DNA of 64,000 nt from an uncultured Spirochaetota bacterium (GTDB taxonomy: Bacteria > Spirochaetota > Brevinematia > Brevinematales > JAOACQ01). The notes beneath the pieces were generated by a model. It saw nothing but the letters and a program-made list of their open reading frames with translations. It was not told where the DNA came from and made no database searches. The first letter of the stretch is position 1; every line of letters starts with the position of its first letter. Made by a program: the position numbers and the translations under genes. Below, piece by piece: positions 37,151 through 47,660 of this stretch. The DNA is taken from positions 1,696,001 through 1,760,000 of the forward strand of contig CAVYGN010000002.1 in NCBI GenBank assembly GCA_963768055.1, given 5' to 3'.

Positions 37151-38807
37151 TGTACTTTCCTTTTAATCTGCCTTGCATATATTCCTCTCTCATTAAATTC
37201 CGCTGAATTTTACCGCTTGGCGTTACCAGGATCGTTTTAGGTTTAACCGCGATTATTTTTAACACCTTTAAACCCGTTTTTCTCAAGATGATCCTGTCTA
37301 TTTCAGATTCGATAAACCTGAGATCGTCCCCATGGGAATATGTCGTTTCGTATATTACAATCAGTTCTACAACTCCGGAAGAAGACTTCGATGCAGGTAT
37401 ATCGAAACAAACAACACGGTTCCTTGCAATCTGTTTCAATTCTTTTATATATGATTCAATTTCATAAGGAAAATAATTTTCACCGTTAATAATGAACATA
37501 TCGTCGGAACGCCCCAATACAACAAGATCTTTTCCCCGGAAAAAACCGAAGTCCCTTGTATTTAAAAAACCGTCCCGATCGGATAGCCCGACTTCTTTTC
37601 CGTTTATGTATGCGCTCGAAGCCACATTGTTTCCGTATATTTTAATCAATCCGTACGGATCCCTGGGGTTTTCCTTTTCTATCTTTATTTCTATATTTTT
37701 TAAACACCTTCCTACCGTCGGATAAAAATATTCGTTCACTTTAAAGATCCTGTAAGGACGGAAAGGCTTCGCGATAGTGACCGCCAGGGTCGCCTCCGCA
37801 AGCCCGTAACATGGCGAAACTACGCCTTTTTTTAAGCCGTACGGGCGGAAAGCTTTTTCAAATTCCCTGATTTTATTGACGTTAATCGGTTCCGTTCCGA
37901 TGCCGATCCATTTTAATCTGCTTAAATCGAAGTTGTATTTTTCTTCCCTGTTGAGTCTGCGTAAAATCCACTCAATCGCAAAATTTGGCATGCAGCATGC
38001 CTGTATACCGTATCCGGAGAGAATCGTCATAAAATTTAACGGATGTTTGGCGAATTGCGCAGGTGTTAAAAGAACCAGTTCGCTTAATGTTAAAAGACTC
38101 CCCAGGAACGATCCGACAAGCCCCATGTCATGGTACAGTGGGAGCCAGTTTGCAGACCTGAACGCGGCGGGATTTATTTCAAGCGTTGTATAGATATCTT
38201 CGATGTTCGCCCTCAGGTTTTTATAGCGTATTATGACGCCTTTGGGTTGGCTGGTGCTTCCTGAAGTAAACTGTATGAAAATGGTGTCGTCATCTCCGGG
38301 TATCTGCCTTTCCGCATGGACATCACGTGGATTATCAAAACCGGCGAATATTTCACTGTATGTGAATATCTTGAAATCCAGGCCTCTTTCATAGCAAACG
38401 GATTTAATATCGTCTTTTTCATTTTCATCGCATATATAAAAATGGAATTGGCCCATAATAAACGATATGCGGTTTTTAAAAGCTTCTGCCGATATGAACG
38501 ATTCCCTGGGGGGCATCGGAACTACTGCCGCCCCGATCCATATATGTGCCAGCCATAGATAAACCAGCTCCATTGAGGTTTTGGATGACAGCAGCACGCG
38601 GTCGCTTTTTTTTATATTATGGCTTATAAGAATGTCCGCCAATATCCCCGCTTTTTTATATATTTCCGAATAACTGCTGAACTGCATTTTTCTTTCATTT
38701 TCATTATAAAAATATATTCCCCTGCTTCCGCAATGTTCAAGATCGTCCCATATTTGTTGAAAGCAGTTTAAATGATAGTCGAATTGCCGGTTCTTATGTT
38801 TAAACAT
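37143..38807 (-). CDS. fatty acyl-AMP ligase (FAAL-type)
   Basis: FIQFTSGSTSQPKGV, WLPLYHDMGL, CYGLAEATL, TPSGKIQR. Confidence 0.85.
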   Translation of the reverse strand: MFKHKNRQFDYHLNCFQQIWDDLEHCGSRGIYFYNENERKMQFSSYSEIYKKAGILADILISHNIKKSDRVLLSSKTSMELVYLWLAHIWIGAAVVPMPPRESFISAEAFKNRISFIMGQFHFYICDENEKDDIKSVCYERGLDFKIFTYSEIFAGFDNPRDVHAERQIPGDDDTIFIQFTSGSTSQPKGVIIRYKNLRANIEDIYTTLEINPAAFRSANWLPLYHDMGLVGSFLGSLLTLSELVLLTPAQFAKHPLNFMTILSGYGIQACCMPNFAIEWILRRLNREEKYNFDLSRLKWIGIGTEPINVNKIREFEKAFRPYGLKKGVVSPCYGLAEATLAVTIAKPFRPYRIFKVNEYFYPTVGRCLKNIEIKIEKENPRDPYGLIKIYGNNVASSAYINGKEVGLSDRDGFLNTRDFGFFRGKDLVVLGRSDDMFIINGENYFPYEIESYIKELKQIARNRVVCFDIPASKSSSGVVELIVIYETTYSHGDDLRFIESEIDRIILRKTGLKVLKIIAVKPKTILVTPSGKIQRNLMREEYMQGRLKGKYIE

Positions 38808-38894
38808 AAGGGCTGCCTCTCAACATATTATAATATGTATATTATATTAATCAAGTACCCTTATTTATCTTATATCTGTTGAATTATTCTATTG

Positions 38895-39557
38895 TTAAAT
38901 CTCATTGAACAGGGTTTTTATCGTGTCGAGAAGCTGCTCTTTCGTGATTGGTTTCTGAAGATAGGCCATTCTCTCCTTTTTCAGATCGTAATGTTCTACT
39001 TCCGCATCGAAATCTATAGCCGTTATAAATATGATCGGGACTATCTCGTCAAGTTTCCGGATAAGCATAGCCAGTTCTATACCGTCAAAATCCGGAAGGT
39101 GGATGTCCGTTATCACCAGATCGGGGATCAGGTTCTGAAACAGTAAAAGACCTTCCGCAGCGTTCTTTGCCGTGAAAACACTGAAATTTTCCTTTTGAAG
39201 CATGTACGAAACGGTTTTAGTTATATACGCCAGATCGTCAATCAGCAGAATATTGGTTCGAGTTAAATCTTTTTTTATTTCCCCCAACTTGGCAAATATT
39301 TCTTTTTGAATGGATTTAATATGTATGCTGATTTTCTGGTCGATGTTCCCTGAGATCCAACTTGAAAAACGTTCCTTTATCATTTGTTCCCGGGACTCGC
39401 TGTCTAATTTCTCAATCAGTTTCTTTTTTTCAACTATGGGGATTTTCATATTAAGAATTTCTATTACCTTATTCTTGTTCTCCTCAGAACGGCTGCGTTT
39501 TAATAAAAAACCCAGCTCAATTAGCATATCGCCATTAAAAGGATTGTCAGTATCCAT
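38895..39557 (-). CDS. response regulator with N-terminal extension
   Basis: C-terminal REC domain: LLIDD, ITDIHLP, IFITA, LQKP. Confidence 0.85.
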   Translation of the reverse strand: MDTDNPFNGDMLIELGFLLKRSRSEENKNKVIEILNMKIPIVEKKKLIEKLDSESREQMIKERFSSWISGNIDQKISIHIKSIQKEIFAKLGEIKKDLTRTNILLIDDLAYITKTVSYMLQKENFSVFTAKNAAEGLLLFQNLIPDLVITDIHLPDFDGIELAMLIRKLDEIVPIIFITAIDFDAEVEHYDLKKERMAYLQKPITKEQLLDTIKTLFNEI

Positions 39558-39603
39558 CTTTAACCTTCAGTTGTTAATCTTCCCCAATGTAAGCATATAA
39601 TAT

Positions 39604-39795
39604 CACTCGTGTCCAAATTAAATTATGAAAAAGCCTAATCATGCCTTATAATAAATTGGGTCGGCAAACCTAAATCATTACATAATAAGGAGATTAGGCT
39701 TTATGAACAATTCTACCATAGTCGGTCAGTTATTGCAAATGTTTCCGAGATTTGAATTTCAGAAAGCCGTTAAGGAAACTGGGGCATAATACCAT
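39604..39795 (+). mobile_element. IS4-family remnant (left end plus truncated DUF4372-type transposase N-terminus)
   Basis: CACTCGTGTCCAAATTAAATT end-like motif; RBS then MNNSTIVGQLLQMFPRFEFQKAVKETGA*YH at 39703-39795. Confidence 0.55.
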
Positions 39796-39827
39796 TTTGG
39801 ATCAAAGCAATATGGGTAAGGGATATA

Positions 39828-40985
39828 TCACAAGTTCACAGGTTTTACCGAATCGTTCAGCAATTTCCACCAGTTGTCAGCATATGCAGGATTCTGGTCC
39901 TTGCCGCTTAAAAACCTGTACACTATATCCTGGGTATTTCCGTCCGCATAAAATTTTGCATGCTCGACATTATTTACAGTAAACGATCTAAACGGCATTT
40001 TGTATATTAAAGAGCTGTCCGTATGGACTGTCCCGTCACCATCGTTATTTTTTACTGCGCCCTCAAAATTTACAAAATTATTTATTCCATTTTTGTCCTG
40101 AATGACTTCCAGCTTTTTTACTGTTTCTTTACCGGTCCCTGCCAGGATTATAATATTCTTTTTTATTTCATCCGGAAGCTTATTAAGGTCGAATAAATTG
40201 TTTCTATATTCAGCCATTGATACTATTCTTTTTTTTATTAAATTTGCATTATCATTCAAACCGTTCGTATCGGTATTTATGAAAAGATTGGATTGCCAGT
40301 TATCGCTTTGCGTAAGATCGACATTTGTTTCCGTTCCGCTCCAGACTATGGCTCCGTCATTATACGGGACAAGCTCGAAGATTGCCGGCAGGGTCCGGGC
40401 TATATGGCGGAACTTGTTGTTAAAATTAAAAATATTAAAGGGAACAGTCGTACCCATGATCAATGCCTGTATTGCGATGAAGGCGCCTCTGAACGGACAG
40501 GCACCAATAATAGCCCTGTCCAGCATGGATAAGTTATTTTCGTTAAAGAGCTTCTTCAGATAAAATAAAAAAATATTTCCGCCCCAGCTATGGGTGATAA
40601 AATTAAATTTAATATTCCCGCCTCGCGATGCTGTCAGCTTATTAGTGAGGTTATTTACATAGTCGGATAACATACTTGCGTTGTAATCGCATGGCTTTCT
40701 CCAGTCATAAGTAAAAAGATAAATTTGATCACCGAAATCTTTTTTCAAGACGGAATAGAAATGCCTGTAAATATCTCCGATGATAAGGTAATCTGCAAAC
40801 ACCTTATTCTTTTCCACCAGCACAGAATCGAGCCTATCGAAACGATAATCCTCTTGGAGGGTCCATTGGTCCGGATTGAATCCTGCCATCTTGGACAGAT
40901 CATAAATGTCGTCATAATCGAGCGAATTACTGTTGACTATATGACCTCCAAGGAAGCCATGGATAAATATGATCGGGTTTGACAT
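39828..40985 (-). CDS. alpha/beta-hydrolase, LCAT/PGAP1-like lipase/acyltransferase
   Basis: FIHGFLG oxyanion motif, YDWR, THSWGG nucleophile elbow, GDGTV, terminal His. Confidence 0.8.
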   Translation of the reverse strand: MSNPIIFIHGFLGGHIVNSNSLDYDDIYDLSKMAGFNPDQWTLQEDYRFDRLDSVLVEKNKVFADYLIIGDIYRHFYSVLKKDFGDQIYLFTYDWRKPCDYNASMLSDYVNNLTNKLTASRGGNIKFNFITHSWGGNIFLFYLKKLFNENNLSMLDRAIIGACPFRGAFIAIQALIMGTTVPFNIFNFNNKFRHIARTLPAIFELVPYNDGAIVWSGTETNVDLTQSDNWQSNLFINTDTNGLNDNANLIKKRIVSMAEYRNNLFDLNKLPDEIKKNIIILAGTGKETVKKLEVIQDKNGINNFVNFEGAVKNNDGDGTVHTDSSLIYKMPFRSFTVNNVEHAKFYADGNTQDIVYRFLSGKDQNPAYADNWWKLLNDSVKPVNL

Positions 40986-41113
40986 GATGACCCTCCTTAA
41001 TTTTTATAAAATATTTTATAACAAAACGATATTTAAGACTGCCAGAGGATCGCTGTACTCATCTACCGGGAGGAACAATCAAGTGTTAAATAACTCAATA
41101 TAAGTCTTAAATC

Positions 41114-42901
41114 CTAAAGATAATTAAGCAAGCTTATCTTAACCCATTCGTCAGGATAATATCCATAGTGAGCTTCAATAGTCTTATTTTTTAGATCTAA
41201 AAGAGATGTGCTCCCTTCGATCCTTTTAAAAGGCCTTCCTGACGGGTCATTATCCACAGGGTTATTACTAATATCAGCATAATTTTTGCAATCGCTGTCA
41301 TATGGATTATCGGGCTGAGGCGAGAGATAATCAATAAGGCTTTTAGCCTTTTTATAATCTATAACTCCCTTTGACAATTCATCGATGAAAAGACTGTTAA
41401 GTTTATCGTAACGCCATTGAACATCGTCGCTTTTCGGAATGTTCCCCGGATTGGTATTATTAACACCCGCGGACCACTCCCACATCATCGCCAATCTCAT
41501 TTCCGGTATGATGTAATTATTGGTTGTGAGGACATAATCACCGTTCGACTTTCTCATAGGACTAAAAAAATATGTCCTGGGACAGTTCTTTTCCTGAACA
41601 TTTTTATCTATATAACCGTTGTCGTCAAAAGCAGTTGCATTATAAGCAGCGGGAGATGGAGAATCGGGATATTTATTTTTATACCAGGACAAAAGCCCTT
41701 TGTTAAAAGAAAGATATTGCTTTTCATATTTATAGTCGTTCCAGCGAACCATAAGGCCGTTTTGCCAATCAGCGGTCTTATGCTCATTTAAAAACTCTGT
41801 GGAAGGGAGTTGAGCGGCTAATTCTTTATTACTGTTATGCGGATTCGGGTAGAACAGGAAATTGCTGTTTACCATAGATGAGCCGGCCTCGACAACGCAG
41901 GCCCTGTCATTGGCCCCGTCGCCTATCAGATAAATCCATGAAACTCCCCTGGGCAAACCTTCCATAATATCGACTGCGCTTTTTGCACTATCGGCAAATT
42001 GAACAGCGTATCTGACAAGAAGTAGAGAATTAATTCCTATGCTGTCAGGAGTGCAATTGCCTGAAGCAACGATCTGTACCCCGCAGGCGATTCCGAGACT
42101 GTTCATTGAAGTAGGGCTTCCCACAAACCCTGGTGCAGTCATATTGACCGTAGGAAGAGCCTTTAATCCGGAGGCTGAAGTCACGCCTATGAGGTTGTTG
42201 ATGATAAGACATGCTGTCTTCTGATATACCTGCGCAGTAGGAAACATAAAATCCCGACCCATGTAATGCCCGCTGCCTGCGGATTTCCCAAATACAGAAA
42301 AACCGTTGCACATCATAGGCATTTTAAAATGCTGCGGGCTTGTATTGGTTACCGGTTCGTTTAAACCAAGACTTAACCAGTCCCCCGTGTAAATGATGGA
42401 ACATAGAATATCATGTCCAAAGTTGAGCGCCAAAAGATTTTCTATCAAGACTTTCGTTTTCAGCCCTTTACTCTGCATAACATCCTGACATCCCTTCACA
42501 ATACCATTCATTTCTTCTCTAAGTTCCGGAGGCACAATGACATGATCATTTTTGGATAAGTTCTTTGCTATGTCAAGGATGATTCCGCCGAGCCAGTCTT
42601 CAAGAATCTTCACTATATCAGGTTCCTGCTGATCGTTTATAAACGATATGACTATACGATCGGCAAAATCAGTTGTCATTTCTGAAATTTCGGATTCAGC
42701 AAGGCATCCGAGCAGATAACCCATTTCGTAATGGCTTCCTTCTACGTAATAAGCCTTTTTAGGCTGACCATTTACACTGTTTTTTGCCGTATTATGTTCT
42801 GCCATCATCCCGATCCTTCCCTGATAGGATATAATATTCTCATCCCTCACGTTAAAATTATCTTTAGCAAAGGCAGCCTTCAGATCGTTTATGTTACCCA
42901 T
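41114..42901 (-). CDS. C45-like autoproteolytic Ntn-hydrolase/acyltransferase
   Basis: GSHYEMGY..G, EEMNGI, MCNGF (N-terminal nucleophile Cys), GRDFMF, MNSLGIA, TNNY. Confidence 0.7.
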   Translation of the reverse strand: MGNINDLKAAFAKDNFNVRDENIISYQGRIGMMAEHNTAKNSVNGQPKKAYYVEGSHYEMGYLLGCLAESEISEMTTDFADRIVISFINDQQEPDIVKILEDWLGGIILDIAKNLSKNDHVIVPPELREEMNGIVKGCQDVMQSKGLKTKVLIENLLALNFGHDILCSIIYTGDWLSLGLNEPVTNTSPQHFKMPMMCNGFSVFGKSAGSGHYMGRDFMFPTAQVYQKTACLIINNLIGVTSASGLKALPTVNMTAPGFVGSPTSMNSLGIACGVQIVASGNCTPDSIGINSLLLVRYAVQFADSAKSAVDIMEGLPRGVSWIYLIGDGANDRACVVEAGSSMVNSNFLFYPNPHNSNKELAAQLPSTEFLNEHKTADWQNGLMVRWNDYKYEKQYLSFNKGLLSWYKNKYPDSPSPAAYNATAFDDNGYIDKNVQEKNCPRTYFFSPMRKSNGDYVLTTNNYIIPEMRLAMMWEWSAGVNNTNPGNIPKSDDVQWRYDKLNSLFIDELSKGVIDYKKAKSLIDYLSPQPDNPYDSDCKNYADISNNPVDNDPSGRPFKRIEGSTSLLDLKNKTIEAHYGYYPDEWVKISLLNYL

Positions 42902-43209
42902 AAAAGTCCTCCTTTTCTATTTTATAATCAACAAAATAATATTGTCAATAAATAAATAATAATATTTTATTGCAAACTATGATTGTTGTCAAGGGTAAAA
43001 ACCAAATATTTTTTAAAGTGTATCTATAATTATTAAGTATAATATTAGCTGTGAATCTATAGTAATATATACAAAACAGTCAATGCCTCAAATCAAGATT
43101 AAAGTTTGAGCCCGTTCCCCGTGTCGTAAATTCGATGAACATGCGGTATGCATTTGAGGGCAATATAAGGTTAAATGAATAGCAAAATAATAACCCTCCC
43201 CGAATCCGG

Positions 43210-43467
43210 GTGATGAATTATTTATTCCAAAGGGAACTTTACAGAGTGGGGAATGCATTGCTCGAAAGGGGAGACCTCTCCGAAAATATTTCCTGCACGG
43301 GAAACCTCAAACTGAGGAATTCCGTGGTTGTTAATTTCAAGATATCCGGTACAGTGGCTGAGGTGATAGCCGATTTCAATCAAAAAATCAGGAAAGGACA
43401 GCCGCTGGCTTCCCTGGATTCCTTTCAGCACTACTCAGAAAATTCACCGTTTTACGGTCGTAAGTGA
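43210..43467 (+). pseudogene. fragment of an efflux periplasmic adaptor gene
   Basis: ERGDL...ISCTG.L....V.V...ISGTV.EV.ADFNQ.I.KGQPLA.LD, truncated after the first lipoyl half. Confidence 0.6.
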
Positions 43468-43750
43468 TTAAAAACCTTAAACATTGACGGGAAAATCCAT
43501 GAAAATCAGGAATATTTCTGTTTTAACAAGCTATTGTAAAAATATTTCCTTTCCTCTTTAACACTATTGACAATTTGCCAATCGGATATTAAAATATTTG
43601 CAGAATTTTTTTGCTTGTTTTACTGTAACATTTTTTTGATTAAAGTCATTACTCTCCGAAATTTAATAATTGTTTTCCATTACCGGCATATTGATTCTTT
43701 TTTGTGGGCGATTCAATATTCTAGTGTGCATGTTATTTAAGGAGATATTT

Positions 43751-44215
43751 ATGAATAAATTGTCATTGTTAATCACAGGTTTGCTTTTTATCTTCTCTTT
43801 GGTTTACAGTCAGGAAATAAAGAGCGCGGACAGGTACTCGGAAGCAGTCAATTTTGTCAACAAAGGCTTGGATTATATTAAAACCCGCGGGAATGATGAG
43901 GCCTTTACCGAATTCAGCAATCCCAGGGGAAAGTTTTCAAGCAAAAGGCTTTATCTTTTCGTAGTGGATTTCAAAGGAATGGTTCTTGCGCATGGAGCCA
44001 ACACAAACTTTATTGGCAAAAACCAGCTTGATTTGATGGATGCGGATGGAAAATATTTCATAAGGGAATTTATCAATATCGCTTCAAATAAAGGAGCGGG
44101 CTGGGTATCTTATAAATGGTCTAATCCCGCCACGAAGAAAATCCAGAACAAAACGACATATATAAAAAAAATAGATAGTATGGATGCATTCCTGGGATGC
44201 GGTGTTTACAAATAA
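43751..44215 (+). CDS. stand-alone secreted single Cache domain protein
   Basis: GGAG RBS at 43741; signal peptide; YLFVVD..G..LAH, D.DGKYFI.E, GWVSYKW.NP. Confidence 0.85.
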   Translation: MNKLSLLITGLLFIFSLVYSQEIKSADRYSEAVNFVNKGLDYIKTRGNDEAFTEFSNPRGKFSSKRLYLFVVDFKGMVLAHGANTNFIGKNQLDLMDADGKYFIREFINIASNKGAGWVSYKWSNPATKKIQNKTTYIKKIDSMDAFLGCGVYK

Positions 44216-44251
44216 AACTTAATTCATCATTGTTCGTCAAATTTAAAACAG

Positions 44252-45910
44252 ATGGAGTATTATGAGATGAAAAATACTATAAGTAATTTTAAAATAATGA
44301 CCAAGTTGATGATTTTGCTTGTAATATCCCTGATTTTTTTAATAATACTGGGTATTTCATTCTTTATCCAGCTGACCCTTCAGGAAAACAGGACTGTAGA
44401 AATTTATAGCAACAGGCTAAATAATTATATGACATACTCTGAAATTCACAATGATATAATGGAAGTTCAAACCAGCCTTTTTCAAATGATCACATGGGTT
44501 AACGCAAATTACCAAACTGCAAGAATAAAGGAAATCGGAGACAAGCAGAAAGTGAACATTAAGAATGTCGAAACGATCATCGGGGATTTTCTGAAATCCG
44601 GGAAATCTTCTTCTGAAGAAAAACAGCTCTATGGGGATCTGTTTAAGAATTTCGAGGATTATGAAGACTGGGCTTTAAGGGTTATTGATATGGTCGGGGT
44701 GGACTCGGCCATAGCAACAATGCAGATGGGAACGGTTAATAATAAATTTTCTCTTCTTAAGGAAACGGTAGAAAAATTGCAGTCTCTTGAAAACAAAATA
44801 AGCAAAGCTAAATATTCTTCTTCGATTCAGCAGTCCCTATCGGTCTTAATCGCAATTATGTTAATTTTTATCATAACATTGATCGCCGTTTCACTTTATA
44901 TAAGCAGATCGATTACCGAACCGCTGAAAAATGTTGTTAATATTATAAAAGGCATAGTACAGTATGATTTTACAAAAAAAGTTCAAATAATTTCGAATGA
45001 TGAGATTGGAGAAATGGCCAATTGTTTTAATTTACTTGAAGAGCAGATAAAGGACCTCCTTATAAAAATAAAGAGCTCGTCAAAGGTTTTATTGAATTCG
45101 ATCCAGGGGCTTTCAGTCTCTTCTGATGAAATATTCGCTACCGCGGAATTGCAGGCAACATCAGTCAAAGAAATCGTAACGACAATGGAAGATTCGAATG
45201 TTATCAGCAATGAAATGTCTAAATCGATCAACGAAGTGGTGAAAATTGCCATGCAGACAAAAAACAATGTTGAAACCGGCGTTTCTTATGTAAAAAACAG
45301 CCTCTCCAAGATGGAGGAAATTAAAAATAAAAATATGGATACCATCAACGGTATCAAACAGCTTGGTGAAAAAATAGAGAATATATGGGACATCGTCAAC
45401 ATTATCAACGGCATAGTAAACCAGACAAAAATATTAGCCTTCAATGCTGCCCTTGAAGCTTCTTCGGCAAGCGAAGGAGGCAAGAATTTCCAGATTGTGG
45501 CGAGCGAGATCAAGCGTCTTGCCGATAACACTATGGTTTCCACCAAGGAAATAAAAGAGAAAATAAATGAAATCCAGAGTTCTTCCAACAATTTAATCAT
45601 TATTTCGGAAGACGGAACTGAAAGAATACGGGAAGGCTGGGAATTATCACAGAAGCTGGAAGATATTTTCGAAAATATTTTAAGATCGGCCGAAATTTCA
45701 GCGGAATCTTCGGAGGACATTGAATTATCCATCAAGCAGCAAACCTCTGCTTTTCAACAGATTCTCCTGACCCTTAAAGAAATATCCAAAGGAGTGGAGA
45801 ATTTCGTAGTTTCTACGAAACAAACAAGCGATACGACGGAAACACTTAAAAGCATGGCGGACAGTTTAAATAAAACAATCGAGAAGTATACTCTTGAATA
45901 CAGAATTTAA
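44252..45910 (+). CDS. methyl-accepting chemotaxis protein (4HB sensor, HAMP)
   Basis: 2 TM, HAMP (DEIGEMA), signalling hairpin QTKILAFNAALEA..F.IVA.EIKRLA. Confidence 0.9.
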   Translation: MEYYEMKNTISNFKIMTKLMILLVISLIFLIILGISFFIQLTLQENRTVEIYSNRLNNYMTYSEIHNDIMEVQTSLFQMITWVNANYQTARIKEIGDKQKVNIKNVETIIGDFLKSGKSSSEEKQLYGDLFKNFEDYEDWALRVIDMVGVDSAIATMQMGTVNNKFSLLKETVEKLQSLENKISKAKYSSSIQQSLSVLIAIMLIFIITLIAVSLYISRSITEPLKNVVNIIKGIVQYDFTKKVQIISNDEIGEMANCFNLLEEQIKDLLIKIKSSSKVLLNSIQGLSVSSDEIFATAELQATSVKEIVTTMEDSNVISNEMSKSINEVVKIAMQTKNNVETGVSYVKNSLSKMEEIKNKNMDTINGIKQLGEKIENIWDIVNIINGIVNQTKILAFNAALEASSASEGGKNFQIVASEIKRLADNTMVSTKEIKEKINEIQSSSNNLIIISEDGTERIREGWELSQKLEDIFENILRSAEISAESSEDIELSIKQQTSAFQQILLTLKEISKGVENFVVSTKQTSDTTETLKSMADSLNKTIEKYTLEYRI

Positions 45911-45928
45911 GATGCATCGGGGGATAAA

Positions 45929-47650
45929 ATGTTAGCGAAAAAAGACCTGAGAAACATCAAATTCAAAATAGTACTGACGATATTTTTATCGAATTTCTTT
46001 GTCTTGGCATCCAGCAAATTCCATGATGCCATTTTCAGCAATTATTTCGATTCAATTAACGCAGGTTTATTGATCAGATTTCTCAATATCTTTGATCCAC
46101 TTGTCTTTTCAGTTTTTATAGTGATGGCCGTTTTTACCAGCATAGTTATTTTGAAATTTTTAAGCAATCTGTTTATTTACCTTGAAAAAAATACGGATTA
46201 CGACAAGGCGAGAACTTCGACAGTCAGCATTCCATGGATCATCCTTGTGGTTCAAACGATCTTCTGGGCGTTAGGGGCTACGGGATATTATATGATCAAC
46301 AACTGGCAGGCCGATAACGGCCAGCCTTATTGCTGGGAATTGTTGCTCAAAGTCAGCACCGGCATAGTCGGCTCGCTTTATACTTCTCTCGTGATAAACA
46401 TCATTCTGATGAAACCGAAAACATTGCTTGGCATGACAGATATCCGCGAAGGGGAAAACGACCTATTTGCAAGAATCAAAGATTACTTGATAATTTTCAG
46501 CCTCGCTTTTTATCTTGTTATCAATTTTTCCCTGCATGCTTATTACAGCATGAATGCAGGAAAAGCCTATGAAGGGGCTTTCATTACCGAAACGGTCATT
46601 TCCGGTGTATTTTTTATTGCGGTCTGTTATGGGCTTATAATTCTCTCAAAGAAGGAGTATTTTTACCAGGTTAAATTTTTAAAACAGAAACTCGAGGCAT
46701 TCTCGTCCGGCAGATTAGACCTTTCCAAAAGAATCTTCCTTATCAATTTCGATGAGATAGGTGAACTGGCAGTAAATGTAAATAAAGTTATCGGGAATAT
46801 CGAGGACCTCATAGGAAACGTGGAAAAGTCGACCAGGGAGCTTCATAAATCGACTCAGAATTTATCCGTTTCGACTAAAGAAATATCCGCGACGTCAACC
46901 CAGCAGGCTGCTTCTGTAAAGGAAATAGTTTCTACAATGGAAGACACCGACCAGCTTTCAAAACAGGTATTGAAATCGATAGGAGAAGTGGTAAAAAATG
47001 TTACGGCAACCAAATACAATGTGGAAATAGGCGTGTCTATCGTTAAAAACAGCCAGAGTAAAATGTACGAAATAAAGGACAAGAATAATGAAACCCTTGC
47101 GGGTATCAAATCCCTGGTGGATAAAATTGAAAACATCTGGGATATAGTGACTATAATTAACGGCATTGTTGAACAGACGAGGATCATTGCTTTTAACGCG
47201 GCCCTTGAAGCTATCTCAGCCGGAGATGCCGGTAAGAACTTCCAGATCGTGGCTAATGAAATTAAACGACTTGCGGATAATACGATATTGTCAACCCAGG
47301 AAATAAAAACAAAAATCAATGAAATACAGCATTCTTCAAATGATCTGATCGTGGTTTCGGAAAATGAAACAGAAAAAATCAACGACGGATGGGAGTTGTC
47401 TCACAGGCTGGAGGAAGTGTTCAATAATATTTTGAATTCCGCAGAAGTTTCGTCTTCAACATCGGGGAATATCGAACTTTCCACAAAACAGCAGGTTTCG
47501 GCCTTCGACCAGATTCTGCTGACGCTCAAAGAAATTTCTAAAGGGATAGAAAATTTTGTTATTTCTACAAGGCAGACCAGCGAAACTACGGAGACCCTTA
47601 AGAATATGGCCGACAGCCTTAATGAAATCATAGAAAAGTATAAGGTTTAA
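45929..47650 (+). CDS. methyl-accepting chemotaxis protein with multi-TM sensor
   Basis: About 6 TM, HAMP (DEIGELA), QTRIIAFNAALEA hairpin. Confidence 0.9.
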   Translation: MLAKKDLRNIKFKIVLTIFLSNFFVLASSKFHDAIFSNYFDSINAGLLIRFLNIFDPLVFSVFIVMAVFTSIVILKFLSNLFIYLEKNTDYDKARTSTVSIPWIILVVQTIFWALGATGYYMINNWQADNGQPYCWELLLKVSTGIVGSLYTSLVINIILMKPKTLLGMTDIREGENDLFARIKDYLIIFSLAFYLVINFSLHAYYSMNAGKAYEGAFITETVISGVFFIAVCYGLIILSKKEYFYQVKFLKQKLEAFSSGRLDLSKRIFLINFDEIGELAVNVNKVIGNIEDLIGNVEKSTRELHKSTQNLSVSTKEISATSTQQAASVKEIVSTMEDTDQLSKQVLKSIGEVVKNVTATKYNVEIGVSIVKNSQSKMYEIKDKNNETLAGIKSLVDKIENIWDIVTIINGIVEQTRIIAFNAALEAISAGDAGKNFQIVANEIKRLADNTILSTQEIKTKINEIQHSSNDLIVVSENETEKINDGWELSHRLEEVFNNILNSAEVSSSTSGNIELSTKQQVSAFDQILLTLKEISKGIENFVISTRQTSETTETLKNMADSLNEIIEKYKV

Positions 47651-47660
47651 TAATACGGTC

